From assembly GCF_006345805.1 (NCBI RefSeq), contig NC_043005.1, forward strand, positions 33,852,001 to 33,916,000: a DNA stretch of 64,000 nucleotides, in the 5' to 3' direction. Made by a program: the position numbers and the translations under genes. Shown piece by piece: positions 12,815-25,179 of this stretch. Position 1 is the first letter of the stretch, and every line of letters begins with the position of its first letter. This stretch comes from Octopus sinensis. Taxonomy: Eukaryota. The notes beneath the pieces were generated by a model. It was given only the letters and a program-made list of their open reading frames with translations. It was not told where the DNA came from and did no database searches.

Positions 12815-13200
12815 CCAGGATGCTCTGATGCAGTACCGGGGTGCCCTGATGCAGTACCAGGATGACCTGATACAATACCAGGCAGTGTTTTGTCTTGGTA
12901 TAAAAGATGAGCTACAGCAAATTCACCTCTGGAAACATGAGTCTTTCATTCAATATCCTTAAACAACCCTTATTCAGAGACTTTTTGAGCGGAATGGGCT
13001 ACTCGACCTGAAGAAAATTCTTACTGGGCCACACCTGCAAGGTCATACGCTGTTAATCTTGATATGAGATCACCTTGTCGGTTGTGATGCATGTGCCTGG
13101 TGTACCCTTATCAGACGGGTAGTCATGATGGGTATACTGGGCTTTGTATATTTTACTCCAGCGTCACTTTAATGGCATGCACTGCTCTCTCACTCAGTAA
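12815..13200 (+). repeat. Dispersed (TAA)n-tailed repeat with a 3 x 21-bp tandem head; its 3' half recurs at about 10645-10850
   Basis: ccaggatgctctgatgcagta-like unit x3; cacctgcaaggtcat..gtgatgcatgtgcctgg..cagcgtcacttt..ctctctcactca shared between the two loci. Confidence 0.8.
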
Positions 13201-13204
13201 TAAT

Positions 13205-13345
13205 AATCCTTTCTACTATAGGCTCAATGTGGAGGTGAGGAGTGAATAGCCGATTACATTGACCGTAGTGCTCCGAAAGGATAAAAGGCAAAGTCGACCT
13301 CAGAGAAATTGTAACTTAGAACGTAAAGACAGTCGAAGGGTCGCT
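13205..13345 (-). mobile_element. Partial SINE family 1; other partial copies at about 3620-3720, 4190-4255, 13745-13900, 39150-39300 and 51080-51170
   Basis: Core aaaggcaaagtcgacctc and tail cctttctactatagg recognisable. Confidence 0.75.
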
Positions 13346-14775
13346 ATGCATTTTGTTCGGCTCCACAAAGGTCTAAAGACGAAATACAACACTCAAAAAA
13401 GTAATGTTTTACATTGATCAATAACGATATAACACATGATATAAAAATAGAATTAAGGGGGGAAAATGAAAGAAAAATTAAATGAATAGAATCCCTAATA
13501 GCAGGGCAGTCCATCTTGGATAATTTAGGGAAATCCTCACACAAAACGTCCTCGCTTTCTTTGCCCTCTTCAAGGTGTCAGAAGGACCTTCTTCCAATTT
13601 CTTTCCTCCTACAAAGAAAAGCATACTCATAGTAGACCCATTCACTTTCATCTGTCTTGCCATACTCAATCACCTTTCGATAAACACACGAAAACGGCAA
13701 CAGCATCTCTCTGCAAATTTTAGCACTATGCCAGGCGTATCAGGGAGAGGGGGCTGGTTAATTATAGTGATCTAGTACATGAATTGTACTTTATTTTATT
13801 GACCCTGAAAGGATGAAAAGCAAAGTTGGCCTAGGTGAAATTTGAACTCTTGAACGTAAAGAGCAAGAAGAAATAACCTAACGCATTTTATATCGACGCT
13901 CTAAGTATTCTAGCATAGAGTTGATATATTTAACATTCCTCTTAGATGTAAAAAGAATTATAACAGAAAACTAAGCGTGGAGAGAATTTCTTTAAAGAAT
14001 GTAAATGTGAAATAATAACTTACCATTACAGTAAGACCATTCAAACTGAACATCTCTGGATAAACAAACACAGACCGCACAAAACATACAAAGTAACTGG
14101 ACAACGTACATGGCCACTGTGTTTGTTGTTTCTCTTTTCGATGTGTTTGTTTATTCTTTGTCTGTTTTTGTATGTATAAGAGTTTCTGATTGGGGAAATC
14201 TCTTCAAATGACTGTTGCCGGTGTTGCCGTCACAAATACTGAATGTGATATATATATATATCAATTTATATACAAATGTGTATAGAGGGAGATAGATAGC
14301 TACAGATAGAGAGAGGTAGAGATAGAGAGACAGTAGTGTTTATCAGTAGATGTTCCTGACCATCTGTTGCCAGTAAAAGTGTCTTATTACCAAAAATTAC
14401 ACTAATTATATATGAGCTAAAAGGTCATCATTGTTGGTGTTGTTGTGCGCGTATGTGTGTGTGTATATGGGTGTGTAGATAGGTGTTACTCTACGCACTC
14501 AATCACACATGCACACACACACACACATCTATACGTATGTGTGGATGTATATCCGTGTACAGCGTGTCCCAAAGGTAATGCCTGATTCTAAAATTGGCGC
14601 CTGCACAAAGTAAGGCGTCTCGTTTGGAAGTACGTATTATGTGTGTGTGTGGTGTGGGGGAGAATGGGGTTATATATCTCTTGAATGAGAAAACAGCAGC
14701 AGGGGGTGAGGTAAAGAAGTGTGTTGTATATATATATAAACCCAACTAGAAGTGTGCATTGTGTAATATGTGTGT

Positions 14776-14812
<37 letters not shown>

Positions 14813-15296
14813 ACAAACACACACCCAGCCAGAGGAAGTGAGGCGGGAGTGATAATAGGGAAAAGCAAACAAAACGTGATGTAATAAATCTTTAAAGTAT
14901 TATCTCATCTCAGTTTCAAAGTCGTAGAAGCAGAATAGTTTGCTTACCTAGATGTGCGTGTTGGAGGGAGGATGTTTGGTATCAAATACGGTAGTTATTG
15001 TATGGTAACAAAAGCATTGGAACACCACTCGCTCACTAAAGGGATTCTATGGAAGGCAGTAGCGCAGCTGATAGGGGAGCAAGGGGACCGTTCCCCACCC
15101 CATATGCACATTAACCCTTTAGTTTTATTTGTTACTTTGCATCATTATCTCCATAGCTGCTCACCTGGTTTCCCCTTATAAGCCACTCATTACCTCCGCG
15201 GACTTAGTCCTTGGTAACGATTGTAACGAGTGTAAGTTCAAATCATTTGAGCGCTACTAAGTTTTTTCTATATTGAGCATCTCTGGATCTCATCTC

Positions 15297-15337
<41 letters not shown>

Positions 15338-15342
<5 letters not shown>

Positions 15343-15474
15343 TTAATCCAAACAAGAAAGCACAAAAAAACACAACAACGCAAGGACGTGGAACAAATAT
15401 AGTATTATTGGACGCTCAGGAAAAAAGGAAAGAAGGAGGGTTTAACGTTTCGAGCGGAGCTCTTCGTCGGAAAC
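15338..15474 (-). mobile_element. Short element embedded in (TA)n carrying a minimal hammerhead motif; probable Penelope-like pseudo-LTR fragment
   Basis: Bounded by (TA)n on both sides; minus strand gttt-ccgacga-a-gagc-tcc-gctc-gaaa-cg-tt-aaac. Confidence 0.6.
15440..15474 (-). ncRNA. Minimal type I hammerhead ribozyme motif (core variant CCGACGA)
   Basis: Stem I gttt/aaac, stem II gagc/gctc, GAAA, 1-bp stem III with palindromic ACGU. Confidence 0.6.
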
Positions 15475-15707
15475 ATATATATATATACATGTATGTATGT
15501 ATGTATGTATGCATGTATGTATGCATGCATGCCTGCATGCATACAATTTTGAGCCTTCACTTAATTTAGTGCCCTATGAGCGAAACGATATGTATTTTGT
15601 CGGATTCGTAGTTTCTGATAAAACATGAAACTCAGACTTGGCACTTTGAATCCTTTATTCCTGTATTGTAACTGGCCGAACCTTGTTCCAAAAGATTGTT
15701 AACCCTA

Positions 15708-15753
<46 letters not shown>

Positions 15754-16391
15754 GCATATTGTAGTGATGGTGATGGCGACAGTGGTGATGGGGTAACCAT
15801 TACTAGAGGTTGTGATGATGGTGGTGGCAGTGGTGTGGTGGAGGTGGCGACGGTGATGTCGGTCGAGAATTTCCTAATCCAATGGATATTTAGGGTAAGT
15901 TAGTGTGGTGAAGACCATTGTCGCCAATCCATATCCATAGTGCAACTTCAGCTTTTCCCTAGAAACTCATAAAATACCTGCAAGTTCTACGATGCTACCG
16001 CTGCTTACAACGGTGAATTATTCCTACCCTATGGTCCCTGTTTGCAGTTTAATGGACTCGGTCATGTCTTAGTCCCAGACAGAGCATGGCGTCAATCACT
16101 GAACAAATTTCCTGGGTAAGTAGGCGGAGGAGATGTGTATTGCCTTTCTCATGCAAAAAAAAATAAAATCTGGAGTTAAACATCAAAAGGGACACAGGAA
16201 TTTGTAAATGTTTACATTCCAAGCAGTACCTTTGTTTCATTGTCACTAATCCACAGGGTTCTTTAAGGGATTAACCGATTCCCTCTTCTTTATTTCACCA
16301 AACTTTTGTGTCAACCCCGCCATTTCTAAACATCACCATCCCGATCACGAAATGTGTGTGCATGTGTGCGTGTGTGCGAGCGTGCTTGGTT

Positions 16392-16455
<64 letters not shown>

Positions 16456-19319
16456 CACACACAGACAGACAGACAGACAGATAGACAGACAGATAGACAA
16501 ACAGTCAGACAGACAGACAGTGAGTGTGTGTATGTACGTGCGTAATGTGCGTGTGGGTGTTTATGAGTATGCGTGTATGTTTGTATATATGTATGTGAGT
16601 GTGTATTAGTGCGTATGCGTGCAGAGCAGTGTGTATGCTTGTGTACATGTCTGTACGCGTGCGTGTTTGCGTTTGTGCGCATGGGTGTGTATTTGTGTAT
16701 GTGAATGCATGTGTGTACTCGTGCGCGCATACATATAAGCAGCTAAGACAGTCATCTAATCTTTTCTCGAACATTTGTTTTTTGAAATACTTGGAACTTA
16801 TGTTCATCGCCAGTATGTTAATCCATGACTCATTTCCATTACAAACGGACCGATTAATGATATAAATGTGCTAAGGTTTGGCATACTGAATGATATACGC
16901 AAAAACAAAAACACAAAAAAAAACAAAAAAAAACTAATTTGTAATTTTAATTTTTCTCTTAGGAAAATAAAAAAAACAGGAAAAGTCATTTCCCGTTAAT
17001 TATAGGCGATTCTGAAAGAAAAGACGAGATAACTTCACACTTCCACATGTAGCAACACTGGTGTATATCAAGGTTCAATTCTGTCACCCACACTCAAAAA
17101 CTCACTGACTAACAATGTCATCAAGTTCAACAACACCTGCTCCCACGCCCGCCCCCACCCCAATTATTCTTTCTTCCTTAACGTTTCTCATATTAACATA
17201 TTCATCCGAGTACAATCAATACACATCATACCAAACCTACATTGATTCCATGAACGGTATCCTCGAAAGTCGTTTCCGAGGGGGTCGGGCCAATTTCGCC
17301 TCTTAATGCTCTAGAAAATACACCGTCCTACTTGACATTTTTCCTCTGCTACGGATGTATGTTTGTGTTTTTTATAACACCGTACGTCGAAACGAGATGC
17401 TTTCTCGAGACGAATATCGCAATTTCTAGGCATTTTACAGTATATCTGCGTTTAAGTATGATATACAGAATGCAAGTGTATAGTCTGAGGGTCATTTGGC
17501 TACTATCTCTATCAGATCGAGCCACTACGTAGGACTGATGAATGCGGAGAGTTATGGCGTTCAAGTATTTTCTCTGGACATTGGTGAGGTGAAAGAAATC
17601 AGCTCACAGCTACATGTTACTGGTAAGGGGGTTAGTTTTTCGTAGAGAACATACCTAGAATAAGGAGATTAACAAACTGTGATTTAAGGCGAAGTTTTTT
17701 TTAACCCAGGGTAGGAGGAAACTGGTATATAAGGGAGACATATTGACAGAAATAGATTTGGGTTGGATGTTACATACTCGGTATTTTAAACACGGAAGAA
17801 ATTAAATATAATCCATCAGTAAACTATTTTGAACCTAGACTAATTACATGTATCCAGTTGTGTATTTCTGGTGCTTTTTCACTTTTTCCTCAAAAGTTTT
17901 GCTTTACATTAGATATCTTAACAGTATCTTAACTATTTTCCTTTTTTGGTAGATAATATCTCTGAGTTATTTATTGCTTTAACAAGTCAGATATTCTACA
18001 CCAGTCAATCTCAAATCATGTATATTTACTTAGTGACTTTCCTTTGACGAGTATGGCAAAGTTTCCGTTTCGCTAACGACGTTATCATAATGCTGAAACA
18101 TGTACGTGGATTGACTTCCATGCTTACCGTAGTCATTGACGAATATTGTACTTTCTTCATCATATAATTATTTCTTCATCGCATAATGTATTAAATATGT
18201 TCAATGTTAACTGAAATAACTTATCTTACTCCCTACACATCTTTGTTCAACAAATAGGACAATAATTGCCATGCAATCAACTTCGCTTGTCCTCCAGCTC
18301 ACATAACTAAACTTGAAATCACTCACACCAAATATAATCTCTATTTAATAACATCCAATTAATGTTGATTGATTCTCCAGTCACGTTTTACATTGTATTG
18401 AGAGAGTGGGAGAGAGAGGGAGTAGTCTACAGAGGGAGTAAACATCAGAGGTGCAAAATGGATGTCCAGCAATTTGCTGAGTTTTAATGAGATTTTGCAA
18501 TGGTAGGCTTTCGATGGAGTAGATTGTAATTATATTTATATAATCTAGAAAAATAATAACATATTATAAACAAATAATTTTATTTTATTATATTTATTTT
18601 AAGGTAGTAAATGTTTTCCTTTAAAAAAAATAGTATTCCTTATTTCATTATTTTATATAAGCTCCAAGAAATTTGATAAAAGTTAAATTATAATTATTGT
18701 ATGTATGCCATATTTCCTGACATTGCCCATGGTGGCAAAAGTATACGCCCAGAGTTACCTGCCATATGACAGACAACCCTCTAGTTGTTAGATATAACAT
18801 GTGGTCATCTTGATGTTTTTAATGTATTGGTCAGTGGAAAAAAGTTTGCGTCCATGTCTCTTTTCAGAATAGCTTATGACATGTGAGAGGAAAGATTAAA
18901 GTTATACTCAGATGTGAAACTCAGACTGTGCACCAGTTCCGGTCGCTTTCAATAGAGCGAACACCGTTGAAGCGTTCACTGTTAGGTAGGAGAGGGTGTT
19001 TTATCGGGAGACGGATTACAACCCCTATTCATATGTCATGTCTACGGACATGAACAATCACGAGCCTCCAAATTAAATGCAGAAGATTCATACTTTCCTT
19101 GGGAAAGATACGACAGTGATTTCTCGTTGTCTTCACTCATTTTCTTTGTAGCCTACTCAGCTAGTTTATTGCTTTCTCTTAAGACGTAGACCCTTTTGAT
19201 ACCTTGGGAGACAGGAGGGCTGTTTCGTGTAACATCAGGACATGTCCACTCACCCGTGGGCCTGTCTGACACAAGTCTAAGGGTCATCTTTCAGTTCTAT
19301 ATGCTTTAGCTATAGAACC

Positions 19320-19493
19320 ATACTCCAAGGACACAGATATTGTGTCTAGCCAGCTAGAGACGAAGATCTCTTGGGGCTATAAAGCTACAGTAACACCCCC
19401 CTCCCCAATGTGGTTAGCCATGATAAGATGGCTTCTATACTTTACATTATCGAGCGATTACTGTTTCAATCTCATTCTGAGATTTAATTATGC
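19320..19493 (+). repeat. 174-bp direct repeat, copy 1
   Basis: 173/174 identical to 25211-25384. Confidence 0.97.
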
Positions 19494-19839
19494 TTACTGT
19501 TCGTTTTTCGAGATCAGTGGCAGATGCCATTAGAAAAACTTATATCTATTTGAAAAGGAGCCTTCTCTTTCATCGCGACCTGGTGTTTTTTGAATTTTTC
19601 CTCGGCGTATACCAATATTTTTCTGTTGCTGCAAATCGTTGTGTGAGTTCGTTTCCGTTTGTCTACTCTGTCGTGTTACAAGTAATATCATTGTTGAACT
19701 GTTTTTGACCCAGTAATTTTCGCCCTTCGGGGTAGAAAATTTCTGTGTGCTGTTTTGTATGAACTCTTAACCTGTATAGGTTATTTTTGGAAAAAAAAAA
19801 AATTCTCTTGTCATTTGTGACAAGTTTGTGTTGTCTAAT

Positions 19840-20777
19840 ATGGAATTAGACTTAAGTTCAAAAAAAAGACTTTCCCGAGATGGGAGAAAGTAAACAACTG
19901 TTAAACAAAAGGAAACACAGACAAAACCCAGTTTTTCAGACGCCGTAGGTGGCGAAGTCGAAGAAATGGAGGTATCAATGGAAAGATTATTCAAGTTTAG
20001 ATCGCTGGTGCAAAAAAGTGGTGAAGAAACACGATTGGTACCGCCCCCCGAAACTATACAAGCAATAAAGGAAAAAATGGTCACCTACAGGGTGTACAAT
20101 ATCAAGGAAAAACGAATGACCGACGTGAAAAACGAAATGGTCGAAAAGTGTATGGCTCCAATATGGAGTAAAGTTAGTCATGTCAACCGAGGTGCAAGAA
20201 GCGCTACAGTGGAGGCGCATTTTGAAACGGCGGAAGTAGCAAGGCAAATTTCGACACAAACGTTGAAAAACGAGAGTATAATACTGCTACCCTTATATTT
20301 AGGATGCAGAACCGCAAAAGTGACCCTAGAAGATATACCAACGGGCTACGACGTGATGTGGGCGGCAACAGCGGTCATTTTTGATGTTGAATCAAAATTG
20401 ACAATTTTAAGTATGAAGAGAAAAATTGCAAAACACTGGAGAGGCCAGCAGCTGGAGATGATAATCCAGGCGGAAAATGCGACGTTGGAAAGCCTACCAG
20501 ACAGAGTCTTCGTGGGGGAGGGGCACTCCATACGAGTTTCGGTGGAAGGACGCAGGCCCAGATGTTTTAAGTGCGGGCAAAAGGGCCACGTTCGCTCCGT
20601 TTGCACAAAAAAAAAAATAATGCGGGCAACGCCCCCCCACAAAACGCTGTGAAGAACGCAGAAAGCAGCAAAGTGGAGAAAAAAGTAACGGCTGGCGAAA
20701 ACAAGGAGGAAAAAATAACAGGTCGAACTCCAAAAAGGAAGACAAGAACGAAATGCAAAATGAGAAGGAAAGGATGA
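19840..20777 (+). pseudogene. Tx1 ORF1 (gag-like, CCHC zinc knuckle), interrupted by one stop and a frameshift in a poly-A run
   Basis: RCFKCGQKGHVRSVC; in-frame ATG at 19840 lies upstream of the listed 19966 start, with a TAA between. Confidence 0.85.
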
Positions 20778-21362
20778 GGAAAATAATGCAACAAAAACAA
20801 ATAAACAAGAAGACATGGAATTTACGAACGTGTCCACAAAGGAAAAAATCCATCACCCCTGACTCCCCCCCGTATCAAAAAAAAAAACAACGCAGACGAA
20901 CAAATTAAAAATATTCTCCAATCCCACCCCGGCGGTACTACACTTATAGGCCAGCACTTTAACAAACCCCACCCCCAACTGTAAAAGGGTTTAAACCAAC
21001 GAAAAAATTATTGCATACACCACAAAGAACGTGAGAGTAGAAACATGGGTGAAAGCAAGTACGCTGATCAGGTGCTACAAAGCGACCGAGAAGGAAGCGG
21101 AGTGGCGATATGGAAGGGTCGGCGAAGAAGGATGGAAAGACAAAACCTTACAAAGCCACGTAAAAGCCGGCTTCATTAAGGATGTCACCCAGGAGGTGAC
21201 AACTGGGAAATTACCCGTTAGCCCGGCAGCCACACCAACCCAGAGCCCGGTGGCAACGCCGGTGAAACACCCAGCAGCAACGGCGAGTGGGGGGGAGACA
21301 GGCAGAAAGAATCTGTCAGGCTCCCTCTCGCAACCGTGAGTAAATAATTTTCTTTTTTCTCG

Positions 21363-24300
21363 ATGATTAAGTTAGGTTGTATAAATGCGCGTGGAATGGG
21401 ATCGAAATGGAAACAGGCTTGTTTTCGTGACGACCTCATTTCACATAGAATCGAAGTAGCTATTGTTACCGAGTCCAAGATGAAGGGACCCCAAGCGTTC
21501 TCACCACTTCTCAATGGTTACGAGAAATTTATTTCTCCTAGCCGAGGGGGAGGTGCAGGCGTGGCAGTTCTTTTCAGGAAGAACTTGGACTTACAGGTAA
21601 GTACTGTCTTTTTGGACCCAGAAGGTAGGCTGGTTGTCCTAGATGTGACGCACGTGAGTAAGCAGTCCTTCAGGTTGGTGGCTGTCTACGCTCCTAACGG
21701 ACGTGGGCAGACCGGTTTTTATCGGGAACTGGAGCACTTTCTAGTGACGTCCAAAACGGTAGTCTTGGTAGGGGATTTCAACACCATTCTCGATGCGCGG
21801 GTGGATGGTGTAGGCTCGAGCGATAGGAAGGGGAATCCTGGCCTCAAGGCTCTACTAGCGAGCTTTAATCTAGTAGACCGTTTTCGACTGGATGAGCCGA
21901 ACGTTCCACAGTGGACGTGGAGTAATAACGACGGCTCACTCAGATCGTACATAGAGTATTTGTTAAGGAACGAGATAGGAATAGTGTTAGCTGTCCACAA
22001 TTCTCTGTTGTGCCTTACACGGATCACAAACTTGTAACGTGTGAGGTACATGTAGAAATGCCATAGACAAGGTCCCGGGTACTGGAAGATGAACAAGTCT
22101 ATTTTGACCTGTGAAGCTTTCCGTACCCGGATTAAGGAATTAGTACAGAGGGCATTATGTGGCACCATCATTAATAATAGATGGTGGCTCGCCTCAAAAG
22201 AGCCATCCGTTTGGAGTCCATTAGATTTAGCAAGCAGCTAAGTTTAGATAGGACTAGAATAGAGGGCGAATTAGAATTAGTTAAGAACTTAGACGAGGCT
22301 ATGGAATCTGGCTGTGCATCCGGAGTGTTGGCAGCGAGAGCGGTATTGTACCGTCACCTCAACGCCAAGCACGAGGGGTGTAGAGTCAGAGCTAAGTTAC
22401 GTGCAGGAAAACGAGAAGGTATTAACGTTGCCGGATGGGCCCGTCGTGAGGAGAGTCAGAAGGGCAAAAAGTCCTGTATTATGTCCTTAACTGACGAGCA
22501 GGACCGCAAGATCTATGGACAGGAGGAGATGCAGAAGGTCCTTCACCAGCATTTCGCACGGCTGTTTGGGGGCGGTGGCCCGCTCGAGCGTGGGGAGACC
22601 TTAAAGGACTTCCTAGCTGGTGGGCCTCGGCTCTCGGCAGGTGAGGCGGAGTGCTGTGAAGGATCGATCTATCCCGCGGAGGTAAGAGGGGTTATGGCCG
22701 AGTGCGCCGGGGAAAAGTCACCGGGATTGGATGGTCTACCCTATGAATTTTATTGTTGTATGCCGGACTTGTTCGGGGACATACTGGCAAGCGTCTATGC
22801 AAACTGGCAACAGAATGGGAGGATTCCCAGCTCTGTGAGTCGGGGAGTTGTGACGCTGGTCCAGAAAGACCCGAGCAAGGGGGACAGTATTAGTAATTAC
22901 AGGCCCATAACTCTACTTAATGTAGAGTTTAAGATTTTGGCCAAGGTGTTAGCAAAAAGGTTGACGGCTGTCGTGAAGAAACTTGTCGGGAAGGCACAGA
23001 CATGTGCAATCCCAGGCAGGTCGATCCAGGATAATCTTCACCTTCTCCGCTACACTATAGATAGGGTCGGGAAATTAGACGGCAAAGGAGGGGCATTGGT
23101 CCATTTAGACCAAAGTAAAGCGTTTGATAGGGTGGACCATCGGTACTTGGCGGCGGTTCTCGAAGCGGCTGGGCTGGGCCCTGGCTTCTGCGGGTGGATC
23201 TCAGCTATGTACAGCGGCATCAAGTCCACAGTCCAGATAAACGGTTACCTAACGGAGCCGTTTTCGATCAAGCGTTCAGTTCGACAAGGTGCCCCTTGTC
23301 CCCGCTCCTGTATGTTTTGGCTCTTGAGCCATTGCTGCGGAAGCTGGAGAAGTTGGGAGGCAACCCTAATGAAATCGGATGCGGTAAGTCTGTTTCTGCC
23401 TATGCGGATGACGTCACCCTCATCGTGTCCAACGGAACACAGCTACCTCGGGTAGTAGGTGCTCTCCATAGATACGAAGCGGTGGCAGGGGCAAAAGTTA
23501 ACAGGGACAAGTCCATCGGTTTGCGCCTCGGCACCTGGAGGAACAAGCAGATACCGTCCAGTGTTGTTGGACACTGGACGGATGGTCCTGTTAAATTGCT
23601 CGGAGTATGGTTTGGTCCAGACTCCCAGACGGAGAAGAATTGGAGCGAGGTAACGAGCAAGGTGGATGCCATAGTACGGAAGTGGTCCGGAAGGCATCTT
23701 TCCTTGAAAGGGAGGGCGGAGGTGGCACAGATGTTTATAGCCTCTGTCGTCACCTACCGCCTGACCGTCGTGCCTTGCCCCGATTCGTGGTTAAACAAGT
23801 TGGAACGACTTCTTTTCCGCTTTTTGTGGAAAGGAGGAAAGCCACTTGTGAGACGCTCCGTGTGTTGCCAGGAACCGCTAAAGGGTGGACTGGGGATGCC
23901 TTGGCTAATGATGCGCAAGCATGCGTTGAGGCTGAGACACCTCTGGTGTTACCTGGAGGATGATAAGGTGTGGAGTTCGCTGGCAGAGGAATTCTTCCCG
24001 CGACCGGCCTCTATGGAGGGATTTACACCCGGTCTCATTAAAGGACGTAAACTGACTTTATGGCAGAAGGAGTGCCGACAGGCACTCTGGCTGATCCACA
24101 AGATGGGTAAGGCCGGCAGCGGGAATACCACCTCGGTGTTCTATAAAGGGCTGGTAGGAGGAAAAAATGACGACGTCCTAGGAAGGGCTCTGGGGTTCGA
24201 TGAGGATCAACTCTCCAACCTGTTTAAGAAGACTTTCAGGCCGGGGTATTTGGATAATTACCAAAAATCCCTGACCTGGCAGTGCTATAGGAATGCATTA

Positions 24301-24750
24301 CCTGTTCGCGAGAAGTTATCCAGGCACGGAATGTCAGTGCCACCGACGTGTCCAAGATGTGGGTTGGACGATGAAACCGTTCAACACGCTTTTGTACAAT
24401 GTCGGGAGCTGTCAGGCTTGATAAGTTACGTGGAACACGTGTTGTCGCATCTGGGACGAGTACAGCTGTCGGCTGGATCTATGATTAAGATGATACCGCC
24501 AACTGGACTCTCAAAGGAAGGTAAGGCTTGTTTTTACTGTACGGTGGCAGTATTGAAAGAGTGTGTATGGAGAACTAGAGTGGAAGGTCTAGTGAAAGGG
24601 TCCTTTATCTCTGGCCCCGGTTTGTTAAAATACTTCGGATATCATCTGAAGAGCAAGATGGGGTTGGAGAAGAGGAGCCTGCCACAGAAAGAGTATATGG
24701 AACGTTGGAAGGATGTGATGAGAAAGGTGGGTGAGAGTAACCCAGCTTAA
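21363..24750 (+). pseudogene. Tx1 ORF2: APE endonuclease, reverse transcriptase, C-terminal zinc finger; frameshifted
   Basis: LGCINARG..VYAP..GDFN (APE); KSPGLDGLPYEFY, RPITLLNVEFKILAK, LDQSKAFDRVDH, SAYADDVT (RT); CPRCG..ETVQHAFVQC. Confidence 0.95.
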
Positions 24751-25113
24751 TCATCGAGGAAAGGAAAAATCAGCTGCTGGGATTTATAGGCTGCCGGGTT
24801 CAAAATTGAAACTGGTACCTCCCATTACCTTTCACTGTACATAACTGTTTAAAATAAAGAATTAATAATAAAAAAAAAAGAAATGAAAAGAAAACATACG
24901 CACTAAAAGTTCTCGTGATAAAGGCAAAAGTAAGCCAAGGTTTCGTTTCAAGGCAAAGTAAGCCAAGTTTTCGTTCAAGTGACATAAAATTTTAATTTTG
25001 TAATTTTTTAAATTTCATTCGAACTCGCATAGCATTTTTGTAACTGTTTTGTCCTGTAATGTATCCATTCTATGTTAGATCTATTGATCATAATAAAGAA
25101 AATTTCATCGCTA

Positions 25114-25179
25114 CCTGGTGGTTACCGCCCGTTGACGAGGGACAAAAATCCCGAAACTAGTTCGAGCGTATCACTCAGG
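25114..25179 (+). ncRNA. Type I hammerhead ribozyme fold with minimal palindromic stem III (core variant UUGACGA)
   Basis: Stem I cgcccg/cgagcg (5 of 6 pairs) plus distal helix cctggtggt/atcactcagg; stem II ggga/tccc; GAAA; stem III AC-UA-GU; predicted cleavage after GUU at 25162. Confidence 0.7.

Larger units (their letters stand above)
19586..25102 (+). mobile_element. Full-length Tx1/L1-clade non-LTR retrotransposon with an 18-bp TSD
   Basis: TSD tttcatcgc(g/t)acctggtg at 19568-19585 and 25103-25120; ORF1 and ORF2 present; ends with aataaagaaaa. Confidence 0.92.

Noticed and set aside
12815-12882. CRISPR-like array
   Set aside because: Contiguous 21-bp units with no spacers, in eukaryotic DNA
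14560-14870. Promoter-like motifs (GGAAGT, GGCGGG, ATTGG)
   Set aside because: Short motifs among microsatellites with no linked exon; not supportable from sequence alone
19385-19425. Twister-like TAACAC motif in the 174-bp repeat
   Set aside because: The remaining twister core and pseudoknots are absent
20346-20856. Antisense ORFs over the Tx1 and Gypsy coding regions
   Set aside because: Shadows of purine-rich sense ORFs; no independent motif
25100-25125. U2 snRNA target (atcgct start) for the Tx1 element, as in Keno
   Set aside because: Match ends after 6 nt; the sequence is not U2 or another snRNA I recognise
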